Assembly (NCBI GenBank): GCA_009602735.1
Contig: WELA01002099.1
Span: 152,535-216,534, forward strand
Reading direction: 5' to 3'
Length of the DNA: 64,000 nt
From: Mesotaenium endlicherianum
Taxonomy: Eukaryota
Shown piece after piece: positions 61,401-64,000 of this stretch. A program made the position numbers and the translations under genes. Each line of letters begins with the position of its first letter. The first letter of the stretch is position 1. The notes below the pieces were generated by a model, which made no database searches, was not told the DNA's origin, and worked only from the letters and a program-made list of their open reading frames with translations.

Positions 61401-63753
61401 AGCTGTCGAGGAGGGAGAACCGCTGGAGCTAGATGCTGGAGCAGTTCCAAGTCCAGATCGACTACAAACCAGGGAAGTTGAATCCTGCTGATGCACTCTC
61501 TAGAAGACCTGACTTGCAAGAAAGGAACTTTAGTCAGCATGCTGTCGATAAAGTCATCTGTGCAATCACTTCACGAAAGGTGACAAAGTCCTTTCTTGAA
61601 CAACTTAGGAAAGCCTACCTTTCTGACCCAACATTTGAGCCCAGCCCCACGGATGGTTTGTGTCCTGCTACTGCACTCGGGTACCGGCTTAAAGGAGGGG
61701 TCTGTGTGACTGAAACCACTTCAGGGAGGCTGAAGCTGGTCATTCCTAATCACTTGGAAATAAGGTCTCTCTTACTGAGTCAAGCGCATGACGGTCTTCT
61801 GGGTGGACATTTGGGGCAGGCCAAAACTGTTGGCAAACTGGCAAAACATTATCATTGGGAGGGGTTACCCCGAGAGGTCTTGAAATATCTGAAGTCCTGT
61901 GATCAGTGTCAGAGAAGTAAGTCTCGGCAGACACCACCGGGAGGTCTCTTGCAACCACTGCCCATCCCAGCTGGACGCAGGGAAACTATATCCATGGACT
62001 GGGTGGTCTCACTACCAAGAACTGCCAATGGGCATGATTCAATACTGGTAGTCGTGGATAAACTGACAAAAATGGTCATTTTTATCCCCACCACTGTCAA
62101 AGTAACTGCACTCAAAACAGCGAAACAGTTCCACAACCATGTAGGATGCCAACATGGGCTCCCTTCTAATATCATCTCAGACAGTGAAATGAATCGACTT
62201 ACCAAATAGGCGATTAACAATTAATAAAGATCTTTATATCAGCAAGTAATCTTTATGGTATTTCCGTTAACTCGTTAAACGGCAAAGGACAATACACTAG
62301 CAGGGAATACTACTCGTCAGTCAAAAGAGAGTAAACTAGCATCCATAATGCAAATCAGTAAACTCATACATAAGCAAGGTTAGAAGACAGTGCGTATCAA
62401 TGGCTTCTCGCCTTGGATTCAGATCTCTCTCAGTAAGCTGTACAAGAGAGTTGGCCTCGTTTCCGAATGCCGAACTCGAGAGCAATGCCTAGCGTATGTA
62501 CATGGAATGAGTTTACTGTTCAACGGTCAGTGCGATGGCACCGCCTACCCGGGAGTTAACCACGTTGGTAGGACCTCGGTTAACCAAATCCACCGCCATC
62601 TCCCATCATCCCGAATAGCCATCCATCATAGGGATGTCATCTGGCCATTCATCTAGCATATCGCACTTAGATGCATATCAAGGCAGTTCGCTGCTACCGA
62701 GTACGGAAGTCAGCTGGCTGTCAAAGAATGTGTCAGCAAGCTGACTTATATGGACTTTCAGCCTGCTGCTTTCCACTGCGTCAGCAAACTGATAATTATG
62801 TAAAGTCCAGCAGACTGACTATTAAGTAAAGTTCAGCAAGCTGAACTTAATGAACTATTATATTTAAATGAATATTATATCTACTAATATACTGATTCAT
62901 TACAGACAGAGACTCAAAATTTACCTCTAAGTTCTGGAGAGCTTTAATGGGGTTAATGGGAGTCAAACAGCTGCTCAGCACAGCTAACCACCTTCAGACT
63001 GATGGGCAGACTGAAAGAACTAACCGCGTTCTGCAGGAGGTGCTGAGAGCATATATTAACCAAAAACAAGATAATTGGAATGACCTGTTACCTCAAATTC
63101 AGTTCGCAGTCAACAGTGCGGTGCACGCGTCAACGGGCAAGACTCCTTTTGAACTCAGCCTAGGTAGAGCCCCTAAGTCTCCTTTAGATGTACTGGGGAA
63201 GTCTTTGACTCACCCGGAAGGGATTGACAATCCGGTCTCTCTCCAGTTAACTCAGGAGTTTGCTGACACCTGTCACAGGTCCAACATAACCTGCACACAG
63301 CCCAAGAAAATCAACAAAAATACGCTAACCAGCACCGTCGCGAGCTGACATTTTCTAAGGGCGATTTGGTCAAACTGCATTCTCAGCACCTGTACCTGAC
63401 TGGTGTGGTCAAGAAAAAGCTTGGTCCTGTCTGGGTCGGTCCATATTCGGTGGTGCACCGTGTCGGTCAGAATGCTTACAAACTGAACATGTCAGCAGAC
63501 TACAAGGGTCACCAAGTCTTTAATATCTCTTTCCTGGAACCGTACATCAAAGGTGACAAACTGTTCACCAGTCGGCTACCTGTCCAACCGGGACCAATCC
63601 CCGGTGTCAGAGAGGGTGACGCTGAGGAATATGACGTCGAGGAGATTTTAGACGCTCGCTCTGTTCGTCGATCGTCTAAATATGTCATGAAGTACCTCAT
63701 CCGATGGAATGGTTACGATGCCTCTCGAGACACTTGGGAATTTAAAGATCAGA
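58403..63753 (+). mobile_element. Family A element A4 nested in the A3 integrase; 5' LTR and gag N-terminus deleted
   Basis: TGTAATGAATCA (A LTR start) is joined to mid-gag. gag ends at 59328, followed by decayed pol through the chromodomain. Confidence 0.88.
62185..62904 (-). mobile_element. Solo LTR, family A, in the A4 integrase
   Basis: 720 bp. Perfect TSD GACAG. Confidence 0.95.
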
Positions 63754-64000
63754 TGTAGTGAAACAGATAGATAAAGTACTTAGTAAAACAGAATACTTTA
63801 TCTATCCAAGACAAGGATCTTTGAACACAAGTGGTAGCTTCTTGAAAGAGAGATGGCTTCTTGAAAGTTTATATATTTCTGGATTTTGGCAAGTACAAGA
63901 GTGATTCTGGAATGTCTTTCTATGTTCTAGCTCTTGTTTATATACTTGCTACATAAGTAATTTCTAGGAAGGTGTATGTTGATGTGTTGGCACCCAACAC
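63754..64000 (-). mobile_element. Family C LTR (partial, runs off the window), inserted in the A4 chromodomain
   Basis: Nearly identical to 36980-37225. Confidence 0.92.

Overview
Eukaryotic genomic window, probably from a streptophyte alga or other green plant (inferred from GT-AG introns, tRNA-iMet-primed chromodomain Ty3/Gypsy elements and an extensin-like gene). Bases 1-6.9 kb hold a multi-exon minus-strand host gene: signal peptide, GGA/FxxN beta-helix-like repeats, then a polyproline stalk. From about 8.4 kb to the end is a deeply nested cluster of at least five Ty3/Gypsy LTR families, labelled A-E here and resolved through LTR ends and 5-bp TSDs. Highlight 1: family D carries a C5 cytosine methyltransferase domain in the pol frame between protease and RT. 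Highlight 2: an intact family A chromovirus (10327-19118) has gag, a pol probably expressed by -1 frameshift, and a third 558-aa ORF in the env position. That ORF has its own branch-point/acceptor signals, is bracketed by a duplicated PPT motif, and has two diverged homologues in the window, one fused in frame to gag. All family names and alignments are by eye; no database searches were run.
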